From the NCBI GenBank assembly GCA_947493945.1, contig CANLSR010000004.1:138748-202747 (forward strand): 64,000 nt of DNA. The letters are read 5' to 3'. Position 1 is the stretch's first letter. Each line of letters opens with the position of its first letter. The DNA comes from an uncultured bacterium. GTDB lineage: Bacteria; Bacteroidota; Rhodothermia; Rhodothermales; Rubricoccaceae. The notes beneath the pieces were generated by a model. The model did no database searches. It worked only from the letters and a program-made list of their open reading frames with translations, and was not told the DNA's origin. The translations under genes and the position numbers were made by a program. This document shows positions 26,794-35,661 of the stretch, piece by piece.

Positions 26794-27870
26794 CTAGTAG
26801 ACCACGAAGAACTGCCACAGGCCGACGAGCGCGGCGACCACCAGGATGTTGGCGATGGCGATGGGCAGCATGTACTTCCAGCCCAGGTTCATCAGCTGGT
26901 TGTACTTGAAGCGCGGGAGCGTCCAGCGGATCCAGATAAAGCAGAAGGCGATAAACGACGTCTTGAGCAGCACCATCAGCACGCCCAGCAGCGTCAGGAG
27001 CACGCCGCCCAGGCCCAGGTATTCCACCATCAGGGACTGGCCGGGGACGAGGTAGCCGCCCAGGAACAGCGTGGTCACGATCAGGCTCGCCACCCACAGG
27101 TTGACGTACTCGGCCAGGAAGAACATCCCGAACTTCATGCCCGAGTACTCGGTGTGGTAGCCGCCCACCAGCTCCTGCTCGGCCTCGGGCAGGTCGAACG
27201 GCGCCCGGTTGGTCTCGGCCAGCGCGCACACGGCGAAGACGACGAACCCGACCGGGTTGCGGAAGAGGTTCCACCCGAAAAAGCTGCCCAGGTGGTCCTG
27301 GCTCTCGACGATGTCGAACAGGCTCAGGCTGCCGCTGTAAAGGACCACCGACAGCGCCGCGGCGCCCATCGCCAGCTCGTACGAGATCATCTGGGCCGAC
27401 GACCGCAGCCCGCCCAACAGCGAGTACTTCGAGTTGGAGGACCAGCCGGCCAGCGTCACGCCGTAGACCGTCACCGAGGTCATGGCCAGCACCACCAAGA
27501 GCCCCACGCCGATGTCGGCGATGGCGAGCGCGCCGCCCGACGGCGTCCGCGCCCACGGGATCAGCGCGCCGGTGGACATCGCGATCACCACCATCAGCAC
27601 CGGCGCCAGGCTGTGGATGAACGGGTTGCCCTGGGTCGGCACGATGTTCTCCTTGAACATCAGCTTGAACACGTCGGCGAACGACTGCAAGATGCCGCCC
27701 GGCCCGACGCGGTTGGGGCCGTTGCGCTCCTGGATAAACGCCGACACCTTGCGCTCGGCGTAGACCAGGAGCGACGCGGTGATCAGGAAGACGTTGAGCA
27801 TCAGGAAGATGACGATCGGCAGATCGATCACATTCCAGACGGAGACGACGGCGTTGAGGAAGGAGTCCAT
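26794..27870 (-). CDS. nuoH: NADH-quinone oxidoreductase subunit H
   Basis: 358 aa. AERKVSAFIQERNGPNRVGPGGILQSFADVFKL and PFDLPEAEQELVGGYHTEYSGM. Confidence 0.95.
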   Translation of the reverse strand: MDSFLNAVVSVWNVIDLPIVIFLMLNVFLITASLLVYAERKVSAFIQERNGPNRVGPGGILQSFADVFKLMFKENIVPTQGNPFIHSLAPVLMVVIAMSTGALIPWARTPSGGALAIADIGVGLLVVLAMTSVTVYGVTLAGWSSNSKYSLLGGLRSSAQMISYELAMGAAALSVVLYSGSLSLFDIVESQDHLGSFFGWNLFRNPVGFVVFAVCALAETNRAPFDLPEAEQELVGGYHTEYSGMKFGMFFLAEYVNLWVASLIVTTLFLGGYLVPGQSLMVEYLGLGGVLLTLLGVLMVLLKTSFIAFCFIWIRWTLPRFKYNQLMNLGWKYMLPIAIANILVVAALVGLWQFFVVY

Positions 27871-28039
27871 TGCGGGTGATGCGGGGCGTCCAGGGGCCGG
27901 ACGTTAGCTCAATCTCTCAGGCGCCGTCTCAGACACGGCGAGAATCCATGCGATGTCAGCGCTCTGAGTGGGCCGTGGCATGGGCCCCGCCTGCGCGGGG
28001 GAGAGACGGGAGGGGCCGTGTGAGGCGCGGCCGCGCCGC

Positions 28040-28062
28040 GCTGGCGGAGGCCGTCCGCCAGC
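28040..28062. repeat. REP family 1 (loop GGCCG)
   Basis: GCTGGCGGAggccgTCCGCCAGC, 12 nt downstream of the nuoG stop within the nuoG-nuoH spacer. 22 nt are identical to the copy at 46850. Confidence 0.85.
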
Positions 28063-28074
28063 TGGGCGCGGGGT

Positions 28075-29796
28075 CTAGGCCGTGATCTGGGGCACGTCGG
28101 CGTCCTCGGTTTCGAGCGGGACGCCCAGGAGGTCCATCGCGCCGTGCGTGGCGCCGGCGAACGCCGGCTGCGCCGAGACCTCGGCCATGATCTTGGCCGG
28201 GCTCTTGAACGTCAGGTCGACGCCCAGCGCGGCGGCCACCTGGGGGATGGTGGCCCAGCCCGGCAGGCAGTCGACCTGGTTGGCCTCGTCGTGCCAGCGG
28301 TCGAACGGCGTGCCCACGCGGTCGTTGCGGCTCTGGCCCGTGCCGACGGCCATCAGCAGCGACCGGTTCATGGCCTTGACCATCTTGGCCGGGCGCAACA
28401 GCTGGGCGCGGCCGTCGCGGTTGACGTAGGTGCCCAGCGTCTCGACGGACATCGCGAGCGGGAGCGAGACCGTCGCCGGCGTCCGGTGCGTCACGTGCGT
28501 GCCGTGGAGGACCACGGGCGTGCCTTCGAGGTCCTCCACGCGGAGGACCTCGGCCTGGACCGGGTCGTCCTGCAAGATGTAGACCAGCCGGGCGCTGGCG
28601 GCGGCGCTGGGCAGCAGGGCGGGGTCGACGGGCTTCATGCCCAGCCGCAGGCAGCCCTCGGTGTTCGGCGCCGGGTCGTCGGAGACCAGGAACCCGTCGT
28701 CGGCCTGGCTGCCGCGGCGGTCGACAAACTGGGGCGCCGGCGCGCCGACGGCCTCCGCCAGCCGCATGAGCAGGTAGTTGTCCTCGACGGTGGCGTACGC
28801 CGAGCCCAGGAACAGGACGTCCGAGCCGGCCTCCTGGACCATCCGCCCGGCCTCGCGCGCGGCCGCCTCCCACGTCGTCGGCGTGCCGTTCAGGGTGGGG
28901 CCCGAGGCGCGGCCCTCGTTGTAGGTCTCGTAGATCAGCCGCGCCGCGTCCGGCATCCAGTACTCGTTCGCGTCCAGGTTCTGGCGCGGCGTGATGCGCA
29001 GCACCTCGTTGTTCTTGGTCCAAACATCGACGTTGATGCCAGCCGAGCCGAAGTCGCTGATCGTGGGCGTCTTGGCCATCTCCCAGACGCGCGCCTGGAA
29101 CCGGAAGTAGTCCTCGGTCAGGGCGCCGACGGGGCAGATGTCGGTGGTACACATCGAGTAGGCGTCGTCGAACACCTCGCCCGGCGCCGTCATCGGGTGG
29201 TTCTTGTCGCCCCGGTTGATGATGGTGAGCTGGTGCGTCTCGGTGATCTCGGCCGTGAAGCGGGTGCAGCGCGTGCAGTTGATGCACCGCTCGGCATCCA
29301 TCACCACGTTCGGGCCGAGCTGGACGCGCTTGGGCTTGTGGACCTTCGCGAACTCGAAGCGCGACCCTTCCGGCCCGTACTTGTAGGCCTGGATCTGCAG
29401 CGGGCACTGACCGGCCTGGTCGCAGATTGGGCAGTCGAGCGGGTGGTTGATCAGCAGCAGCTCCAGGTTGTCGGCCTGGGCCGCGGCGACCTCTTGGGAC
29501 GAGAGCTGGGTGTGGACCACCATCCCGTCGGTGACGTCGAGCGAGCAGCTGGGCTGGAGCTTGGGGCCGAAGTTGATCTTCTGCTCGCCGTTCTCGTCCA
29601 GGACCGGCTCCTTGGTCTCGCGGTCGAAGATCGGCGTGCCGGCCTTGACCAGGCACTGGCGGCAGTTGGCCGGGACCGACATGGCCGGGTGGTAGCAGAA
29701 GTGCGGGATCTCGGTGCCCGCGTCGAGGCAGAGCTGGAGCAGCTTGGCTCCGGGCTCGAACTCGTGCGTCGTCCCGTCGATGGTGACCTGCGGCAT
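28075..29796 (-). CDS. nuoG: NADH-quinone oxidoreductase subunit G (short form)
   Basis: 573 aa. 2Fe-2S CRQCLV, HPLDCPICDQAGQCPLQ, and 4Fe-4S CINCTRCTRF...CPVGAL. Confidence 0.9.
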   Translation of the reverse strand: MPQVTIDGTTHEFEPGAKLLQLCLDAGTEIPHFCYHPAMSVPANCRQCLVKAGTPIFDRETKEPVLDENGEQKINFGPKLQPSCSLDVTDGMVVHTQLSSQEVAAAQADNLELLLINHPLDCPICDQAGQCPLQIQAYKYGPEGSRFEFAKVHKPKRVQLGPNVVMDAERCINCTRCTRFTAEITETHQLTIINRGDKNHPMTAPGEVFDDAYSMCTTDICPVGALTEDYFRFQARVWEMAKTPTISDFGSAGINVDVWTKNNEVLRITPRQNLDANEYWMPDAARLIYETYNEGRASGPTLNGTPTTWEAAAREAGRMVQEAGSDVLFLGSAYATVEDNYLLMRLAEAVGAPAPQFVDRRGSQADDGFLVSDDPAPNTEGCLRLGMKPVDPALLPSAAASARLVYILQDDPVQAEVLRVEDLEGTPVVLHGTHVTHRTPATVSLPLAMSVETLGTYVNRDGRAQLLRPAKMVKAMNRSLLMAVGTGQSRNDRVGTPFDRWHDEANQVDCLPGWATIPQVAAALGVDLTFKSPAKIMAEVSAQPAFAGATHGAMDLLGVPLETEDADVPQITA

Positions 29797-29909
29797 GTCT
29801 TGGATGGAGCGTGCTCTCTAGAGTGTAGCGGTAAGAGGGGTCCGTGGTGCGCGGTGCGTGAGGGGAATCCGGCCCGGCGTGGGGTCACGGAGGGGTCACG
29901 CCCGGCGCA

Positions 29910-30464
29910 CTACGCACCTCGGGCCTGCGGCTGGCGGACGACTTCGGCGCCCATCGCGGTAAAGACCAGGGTCTGCTTGGGCGCGGTGATGGCCTCGACC
30001 TCGTCGGGCGTGGCGCCGCCGTCGCGGGCGTAGTGACGCTGGTCCTCGACCGACTCGGTCTCGACCGCCAGCTGGCCGGCCACGCGGACGGTCTGCCCCG
30101 AGGCGTCCGTGGGGAACGTGAAAACGTAGCTCCCGCTCTCGTCGCGCGGCACGTTGATGCGGACCGTCCGGTTTTGGGCGTCGGCCATCGTCAGCCAGCA
30201 GCCCTCCATCTGGCACACCTCGCGCACGTCGCCCTCGACCACCACGGTCTTGCCGGCGTAGTCGTCGGCCTTGGCGATCAGCTCGTCGGGCGTGAGGGCG
30301 TCGCCGTCGGGCACCGTCTCGCCCAGGTCGATCTGGGCCAGGTCGTCGGCGGGGAAGTCGGTCGCCGCGTCGCCCGCCGTCGGGCCGCTGGCGGCTTCGT
30401 CGGCGCAGGCCGCCAGCGGGGCGAGCGACAGCAGGGCGAGCGAGAAAAGGAGCGTGCGGGTCAT
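29910..30464 (-). CDS. DUF4920-like lipoprotein
   Basis: 184 aa. Signal LLSLAPLAAC. VEGDVREVCQMEGCWLTM matches my recollection of DUF4920. There is a 4-nt gap to the nuoF stop. Confidence 0.55.
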   Translation of the reverse strand: MTRTLLFSLALLSLAPLAACADEAASGPTAGDAATDFPADDLAQIDLGETVPDGDALTPDELIAKADDYAGKTVVVEGDVREVCQMEGCWLTMADAQNRTVRINVPRDESGSYVFTFPTDASGQTVRVAGQLAVETESVEDQRHYARDGGATPDEVEAITAPKQTLVFTAMGAEVVRQPQARGA

Positions 30465-30468
30465 GGGG

Positions 30469-31860
<1,392 letters not shown>

Positions 31861-31864
31861 GGGT

Positions 31865-32527
31865 CTAGTGGGTTCGGATGCGGTGGAGCGGGGCCGGGGC
31901 GGCGGCCTGCTCCTGGTCAATAATGCGGTCGATCAATAGGTCCGCCAGCCGGACGGACTCGTCGAGCTGGACGCCCTCGTCCTCGGCGTCGGACAGCTCG
32001 CGGAGCGCCTGGTAGATCCACAGCCGCCGCCGCGTCGCGCGGTAGCTGGAGACCATCGTGGCCGCCATGCTCGCCGCTAGCGCGAGGCCGAGCCCGATGT
32101 CGAGCCCGGCCGACCACGTTAGTGGGTCGCCCAGGTGCGTGAGGACCTTGCTCCAGACCAAGGCAAGGTAGAACGACCCGACGAGCCCGACGAGCCACGG
32201 GCGCTTGCGGAGCTGGCGCTCCATCTTGGCCGTCTCGCGGTCGATGAAGGCCACGTCCAACGTCTTGAACAGCTTGTGCCGCTCTTGGTAGGAGATCCAG
32301 GACTTGCCGCCCTTGTGCATCCGCTCGAGTTCTTTGAGCAGGACCGCCTTGACCCGCCGTTCGCGGCGCGTGAGCCCGCTGCCGGTCGGCGCGCTCGCCC
32401 CGCTAGCTGGCGCTGTCCCTAGCGGGGTGGCGGACGGGGTCAGGCGGGACGAGAGCGGGCCGCGCACGTCCAGCGCCTGGGCGTCTCGGATGCGGCGGTC
32501 GGCCACGGTGCGGAGGGGGGCGGCCAT
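31865..32527 (-). CDS. hypothetical 2-TM protein, paralog 1, embedded in the nuo operon
   Basis: 220 aa. It shares an N-terminal ADRRIR..LDVRGP motif, an LT..ERRV helix, two TM segments and a C-terminal IYQALREL..LIDR with the gene immediately upstream. TGATG overlap with that gene, and a 4-nt gap to nuoF. Confidence 0.6.
   Translation of the reverse strand: MAAPLRTVADRRIRDAQALDVRGPLSSRLTPSATPLGTAPASGASAPTGSGLTRRERRVKAVLLKELERMHKGGKSWISYQERHKLFKTLDVAFIDRETAKMERQLRKRPWLVGLVGSFYLALVWSKVLTHLGDPLTWSAGLDIGLGLALAASMAATMVSSYRATRRRLWIYQALRELSDAEDEGVQLDESVRLADLLIDRIIDQEQAAAPAPLHRIRTH
32398..32436. repeat. palindromic element family 2 (CCCCGCTAG-loop-CTAGCGGGG + TGGCGGACG), intragenic
   Basis: 39 nt, the exact reverse complement of 33210-33248. 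Read in frame as ATPLGTAPASG in paralog 1. Confidence 0.9.
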
Positions 32528-33372
32528 CAGCTCCGTACCCGCTGGCGGCGGCCGGCGACGGGCGTGGCGCCGACCTCGTCAGGGGCGACGCCAGCTAGCC
32601 GGTCGATAAGCCGGTCGGCCTGCTGGAGGGCGCCGGAGACCGGCGCGTCGTCCACGAGCAGCGCCAGCTCGCGCAAGGCGCGGTAGATGGCCAGCCGTTG
32701 CGGCCCAGCCGGCGTTCCGACCCGGCGCGAGGCCAGCGAGACGGCCGCCACGACGGCGAGGACGAGGAAGAGGCCCGTCTCGAACAGGGGCTTGCCCGTC
32801 GCGAGCGCCAGCGGGAAGGCGGCCCCGAGTGCGAGCGCCAGCGCTACCCAGCGGGCGCCCTTGAACGACGGACGAGCCTCCATCTTGGCGATCTCGCCGT
32901 CGACAAACGAGAGGTCGAGGGTCGCCAGGCGCTTTTTCTCGGCGTAGCTCAACCCGTCGCTCACGCCGTCGCGGGCGTTGTCGATGGCGAGCGTGTCGAG
33001 CAGGATCCGGTGGACGCGGCGCTCGTCGGCGGTCAGCCCGGAGAGCGTGGCCGGCGGCTCGGGGGGGGCAGGCCGAGGCTTCCGCGTCGGCCACGGCGCG
33101 GCGTCGAATGGCTTGACCACGCGCGGCGCCGCCTTCGACCGGCTAGCGGTTGGCGCCGGCGTGGTGTCGGGGGCCGCCGTCTCGTACAGGTCGGCCGTCT
33201 CGCCCGGCTCGTCCGCCACCCCGCTAGGGACAGCGCCAGCTAGCGGGGCGGGCGGCACCGCGATGCCGGCCCGGCCCAACGCCTGCGACACCGGCCCGCG
33301 CACGTCGAGGCCCGGCGCCGCCCGGAGGGAGGCGGCGCGGATCCTGCGGTCGGCGGCCAGGCGGCTGCTCAT
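32527..33372 (-). CDS. hypothetical 2-TM protein, paralog 2, embedded in the nuo operon
   Basis: 281 aa with the same architecture as paralog 1 plus a Pro-rich insert. It starts 22 nt after the nuoE stop. Confidence 0.6.
   Translation of the reverse strand: MSSRLAADRRIRAASLRAAPGLDVRGPVSQALGRAGIAVPPAPLAGAVPSGVADEPGETADLYETAAPDTTPAPTASRSKAAPRVVKPFDAAPWPTRKPRPAPPEPPATLSGLTADERRVHRILLDTLAIDNARDGVSDGLSYAEKKRLATLDLSFVDGEIAKMEARPSFKGARWVALALALGAAFPLALATGKPLFETGLFLVLAVVAAVSLASRRVGTPAGPQRLAIYRALRELALLVDDAPVSGALQQADRLIDRLAGVAPDEVGATPVAGRRQRVRS
33210..33248. repeat. palindromic element family 2, intragenic, opposite orientation
   Basis: CGTCCGCCA + CCCCGCTAGGGACAGCGCCAGCTAGCGGGG. Read in frame as PLAGAVPSGVAD in paralog 2. 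Confidence 0.9.
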
Positions 33373-33394
33373 GCTCGTGGGCGGTCTCCGGGAC

Positions 33395-34087
33395 CTAGTG
33401 GATGGTGTCCGAGACCGGCGGCGTCTGGTACGTCTCTACCGCTTGGGCGTCGGTGCGGCGGTTGCCGCCCATCTCGTCCCCGTCCTGGGGCAGCGTCACG
33501 CTCTCGAACGGGAGCTCGGCCCCCTGGCGGAGCGCGTCCACCAGCTGGTCGATCTTGGCCTCGGTCAGGTTGTGGACGTAGGGGCCGTTCGTGACCTGCA
33601 GCATCGGCGCCGAGCCGCACGCGCCCAGGCACTCGGCCTCCTGGACCGTGAACAGGCCGTCCTCGGACGTGCCGCCCTTGACCACGCCCAGCTTGTCCTC
33701 CAGGTAGTGCAGCATGTCGTAGCCGCCGCAGACCTGGCACGAGAAGCACGTGCAGACGTCGAACACAAACGTCCCCTTCTCCTCCTTGAAGTACTGCGTG
33801 TAGAACGTGGCCACGCCGTAGACCTTGGCGTAGGGGACGCCCAGCGTGTCGGCGACCAAGTGCATGGTCTCGGGTGGCAGCCAGCCCCACTTGCGCTGGG
33901 CCAGCCACAGCGTCTTCATCACTGCCCCGTCGGGCGTCGGGTACTGGGCGCGGAAGGTCTCGATCTGGGCCGCCTCCTCGTCGGTCCAGACCAACTCGGC
34001 GTCCGGGATCACGCGCGGGGGCGCCTGGCCGGGCACGTACTGCGGCTGGGGCGAGACGGAGGGGCCGGGGGTGTCGGGAGTCATCAT
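33395..34087 (-). CDS. nuoE: NADH-quinone oxidoreductase subunit E
   Basis: 230 aa. GVATFYTQY, DVCTCFSCQVCG, ECLGACGSAPM (2Fe-2S ligands). Confidence 0.9.
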   Translation of the reverse strand: MMTPDTPGPSVSPQPQYVPGQAPPRVIPDAELVWTDEEAAQIETFRAQYPTPDGAVMKTLWLAQRKWGWLPPETMHLVADTLGVPYAKVYGVATFYTQYFKEEKGTFVFDVCTCFSCQVCGGYDMLHYLEDKLGVVKGGTSEDGLFTVQEAECLGACGSAPMLQVTNGPYVHNLTEAKIDQLVDALRQGAELPFESVTLPQDGDEMGGNRRTDAQAVETYQTPPVSDTIH

Positions 34088-34106
34088 TGCCGGTTCGGGG
34101 GTCGAT

Positions 34107-34156
34107 GGTTCAGGGTTCGCTCAGGTGAGGGCTCTTGCGAACCTCAACCCTGAACC
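34107..34156. repeat. 11-bp perfect inverted repeat GGTTCAGGGTT / AACCCTGAACC with 28-nt spacer
   Basis: Fills most of the nuoD-nuoE spacer. Relatively AT-rich and not a REP family 1 sequence. Confidence 0.7.
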
Positions 34157-34157
34157 G

Positions 34158-35588
34158 CTACTTGTCGCTGTCGCCGATGACGGGGTCCACGGAGCCGATC
34201 AGGACGACCGAGTCGGCCACCATGGCGCCCTCCATCATCGTCTCCAGGCCCTGGAGGTTCTTGAACGAGCCCGTCGTGGCCTTAACGCGCCACGGCGAGC
34301 CGGTCCCGTCCGAGACTAGGTGGAAGCCCAGCTCGCCCTTGGGGCTCTCGATGGCGTGGTAGGACTCGGCGCCCTTGGGGGGCGCGACGCCGGTGTCGGT
34401 CATCATGAAGTCGTGGATCATGCCCTCCATCGAGTAATAGACCTCGTCTTTGGAGGGGTAGGCCGCCTTGGCGTTGTCCACGCGGACCGGCCCCTTGGGC
34501 AACTTCGCCAGGCACTGGCGGATGATCTTGACCGACTCCTCCATCTCCTCAATGCGCACGAAGTAGCGCGCCAGCGAGTCGCCCTCGGTGCGGATCGGGA
34601 TGTTGAAGTCGAGCTGGTCGTAGACCAGGTAGGGCTCGAAGATGCGGATGTCGTGCTCGACGCCGGACGCCCGGATGCACGGGCCGGTGTAGCCCTCGGC
34701 GATGGCCTCGTCGGCCGTCAGGACGCCGACGTCCTTGTTGCGGTCGATCCAGATCCGGTTGCGGTTGAGGAGCTTTTTCCAGTCGGCGATCTGCTTCTCG
34801 AAGTCGTCGCAGAAGCTGGCGATCATGGACAGCGACGTGTCCGAGTAGTCGAACGCCAGGCCGCCGATGCGGCTGTGGGAGACCGTGAAGCGGGCGCCGG
34901 CCACCTCGTCGAAGATGGAGTAGATCTCCTCGCGGTACTTGAACGTCCACAGGAAGACCGACAGCGCGCCGGCGTCCATCACCATCGTGCCCACCCAGAG
35001 CAGGTGGCTCGAGATCCGCGCCAGCTCGCAGCCGATCGTCCGCAGCCAGGTCGCCCGTGGGGGCGCCTCGATGCCCGCCAGCTTCTCGACCGCGAGGCAC
35101 CACGCCACGTTGTTCGAGTACGGCGACATGTAGTCCATGCGGTCCGTGTAGGGCATGAACTCCTGGTAGGTCTTGACCTCGGCCAGCTTCTCGATGCCGC
35201 GGTGGAGGTAGCCCAGGTCCAGCAGGCACTTGTCGATGGTCTCGCCGTCGAGCTGGCACACGATGCGGAGCGCGCCGTGGGTGGCCGGGTGCTGCGGCCC
35301 CAGGTTCAAGATCATCCGGGATTCCAGCGGGTCCTCGGCGATCATGGGCACGGCCGAGACGTCGGCGCCGTCGCCGGCCACGACCCGCTGGCGCTCGCCG
35401 CCAGCGGCGGCGCGGGCGTCCTCGACGGCCGCTTGCTCGGCGGCCTGCTCGATCTCGACCTGGGTGTGGCGGTCGGCCAGGGCCTGGTAGATGGCCGCGT
35501 TGTGGCGGGGCCAGAACGTGAACAGGTCCTCCGCGGAGCCGGGCGCCGCCGCGTTCATGTTCGGCGTGTTCTGGTCGGTAACGGACAT
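34158..35588 (-). CDS. nuoD: NADH-quinone oxidoreductase subunit D with ~80-aa N-terminal extension
   Basis: 476 aa. LNLGPQHPATHGALR, YLHRGIEKL and the C-terminal IGDSDK-type end. The extension (35346-35588) has near-complete GC3 periodicity, so it is probably translated. The alternative start is ATG at 35345. Confidence 0.9.
   Translation of the reverse strand: MSVTDQNTPNMNAAAPGSAEDLFTFWPRHNAAIYQALADRHTQVEIEQAAEQAAVEDARAAAGGERQRVVAGDGADVSAVPMIAEDPLESRMILNLGPQHPATHGALRIVCQLDGETIDKCLLDLGYLHRGIEKLAEVKTYQEFMPYTDRMDYMSPYSNNVAWCLAVEKLAGIEAPPRATWLRTIGCELARISSHLLWVGTMVMDAGALSVFLWTFKYREEIYSIFDEVAGARFTVSHSRIGGLAFDYSDTSLSMIASFCDDFEKQIADWKKLLNRNRIWIDRNKDVGVLTADEAIAEGYTGPCIRASGVEHDIRIFEPYLVYDQLDFNIPIRTEGDSLARYFVRIEEMEESVKIIRQCLAKLPKGPVRVDNAKAAYPSKDEVYYSMEGMIHDFMMTDTGVAPPKGAESYHAIESPKGELGFHLVSDGTGSPWRVKATTGSFKNLQGLETMMEGAMVADSVVLIGSVDPVIGDSDK
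35385..35407. repeat. REP family 1 copy inside the NuoD N-terminal extension
   Basis: CCGCTGGCGctcgcCGCCAGCGG, in frame as AAGGERQRV. Confidence 0.65.
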
Positions 35589-35608
35589 GTCGGGTGCGGG
35601 GTGCGCGG

Positions 35609-35653
35609 CGCTGGCGGGCCGCGCCGGCCCTTGAGGGGCGGCGGGCGCCAGCG
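35609..35653. repeat. REP-like inverted repeat with long spacer (CGCTGGCG-N29-CGCCAGCG)
   Basis: Occupies the nuoC-nuoD spacer. The spacer contains its own GGGCCG/CGGCCC hairpin. Confidence 0.5.
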
Positions 35654-35661
35654 GGGCGGGG

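Noticed and set aside
27871-28074. A possible small gene or ncRNA in the 204-nt, locally lower-GC nuoG-nuoH spacer.
   Set aside because: There is no ORF with coding periodicity and no recognisable RNA motif apart from the REP at 28040-28062. It is treated as a structured intra-operon spacer.
29881-29905. The direct repeat GGGGTCACG x2 upstream of the DUF4920-like gene, as a regulatory site.
   Set aside because: It is short, has only two copies, and has no matching sites elsewhere in the window. The evidence is insufficient.
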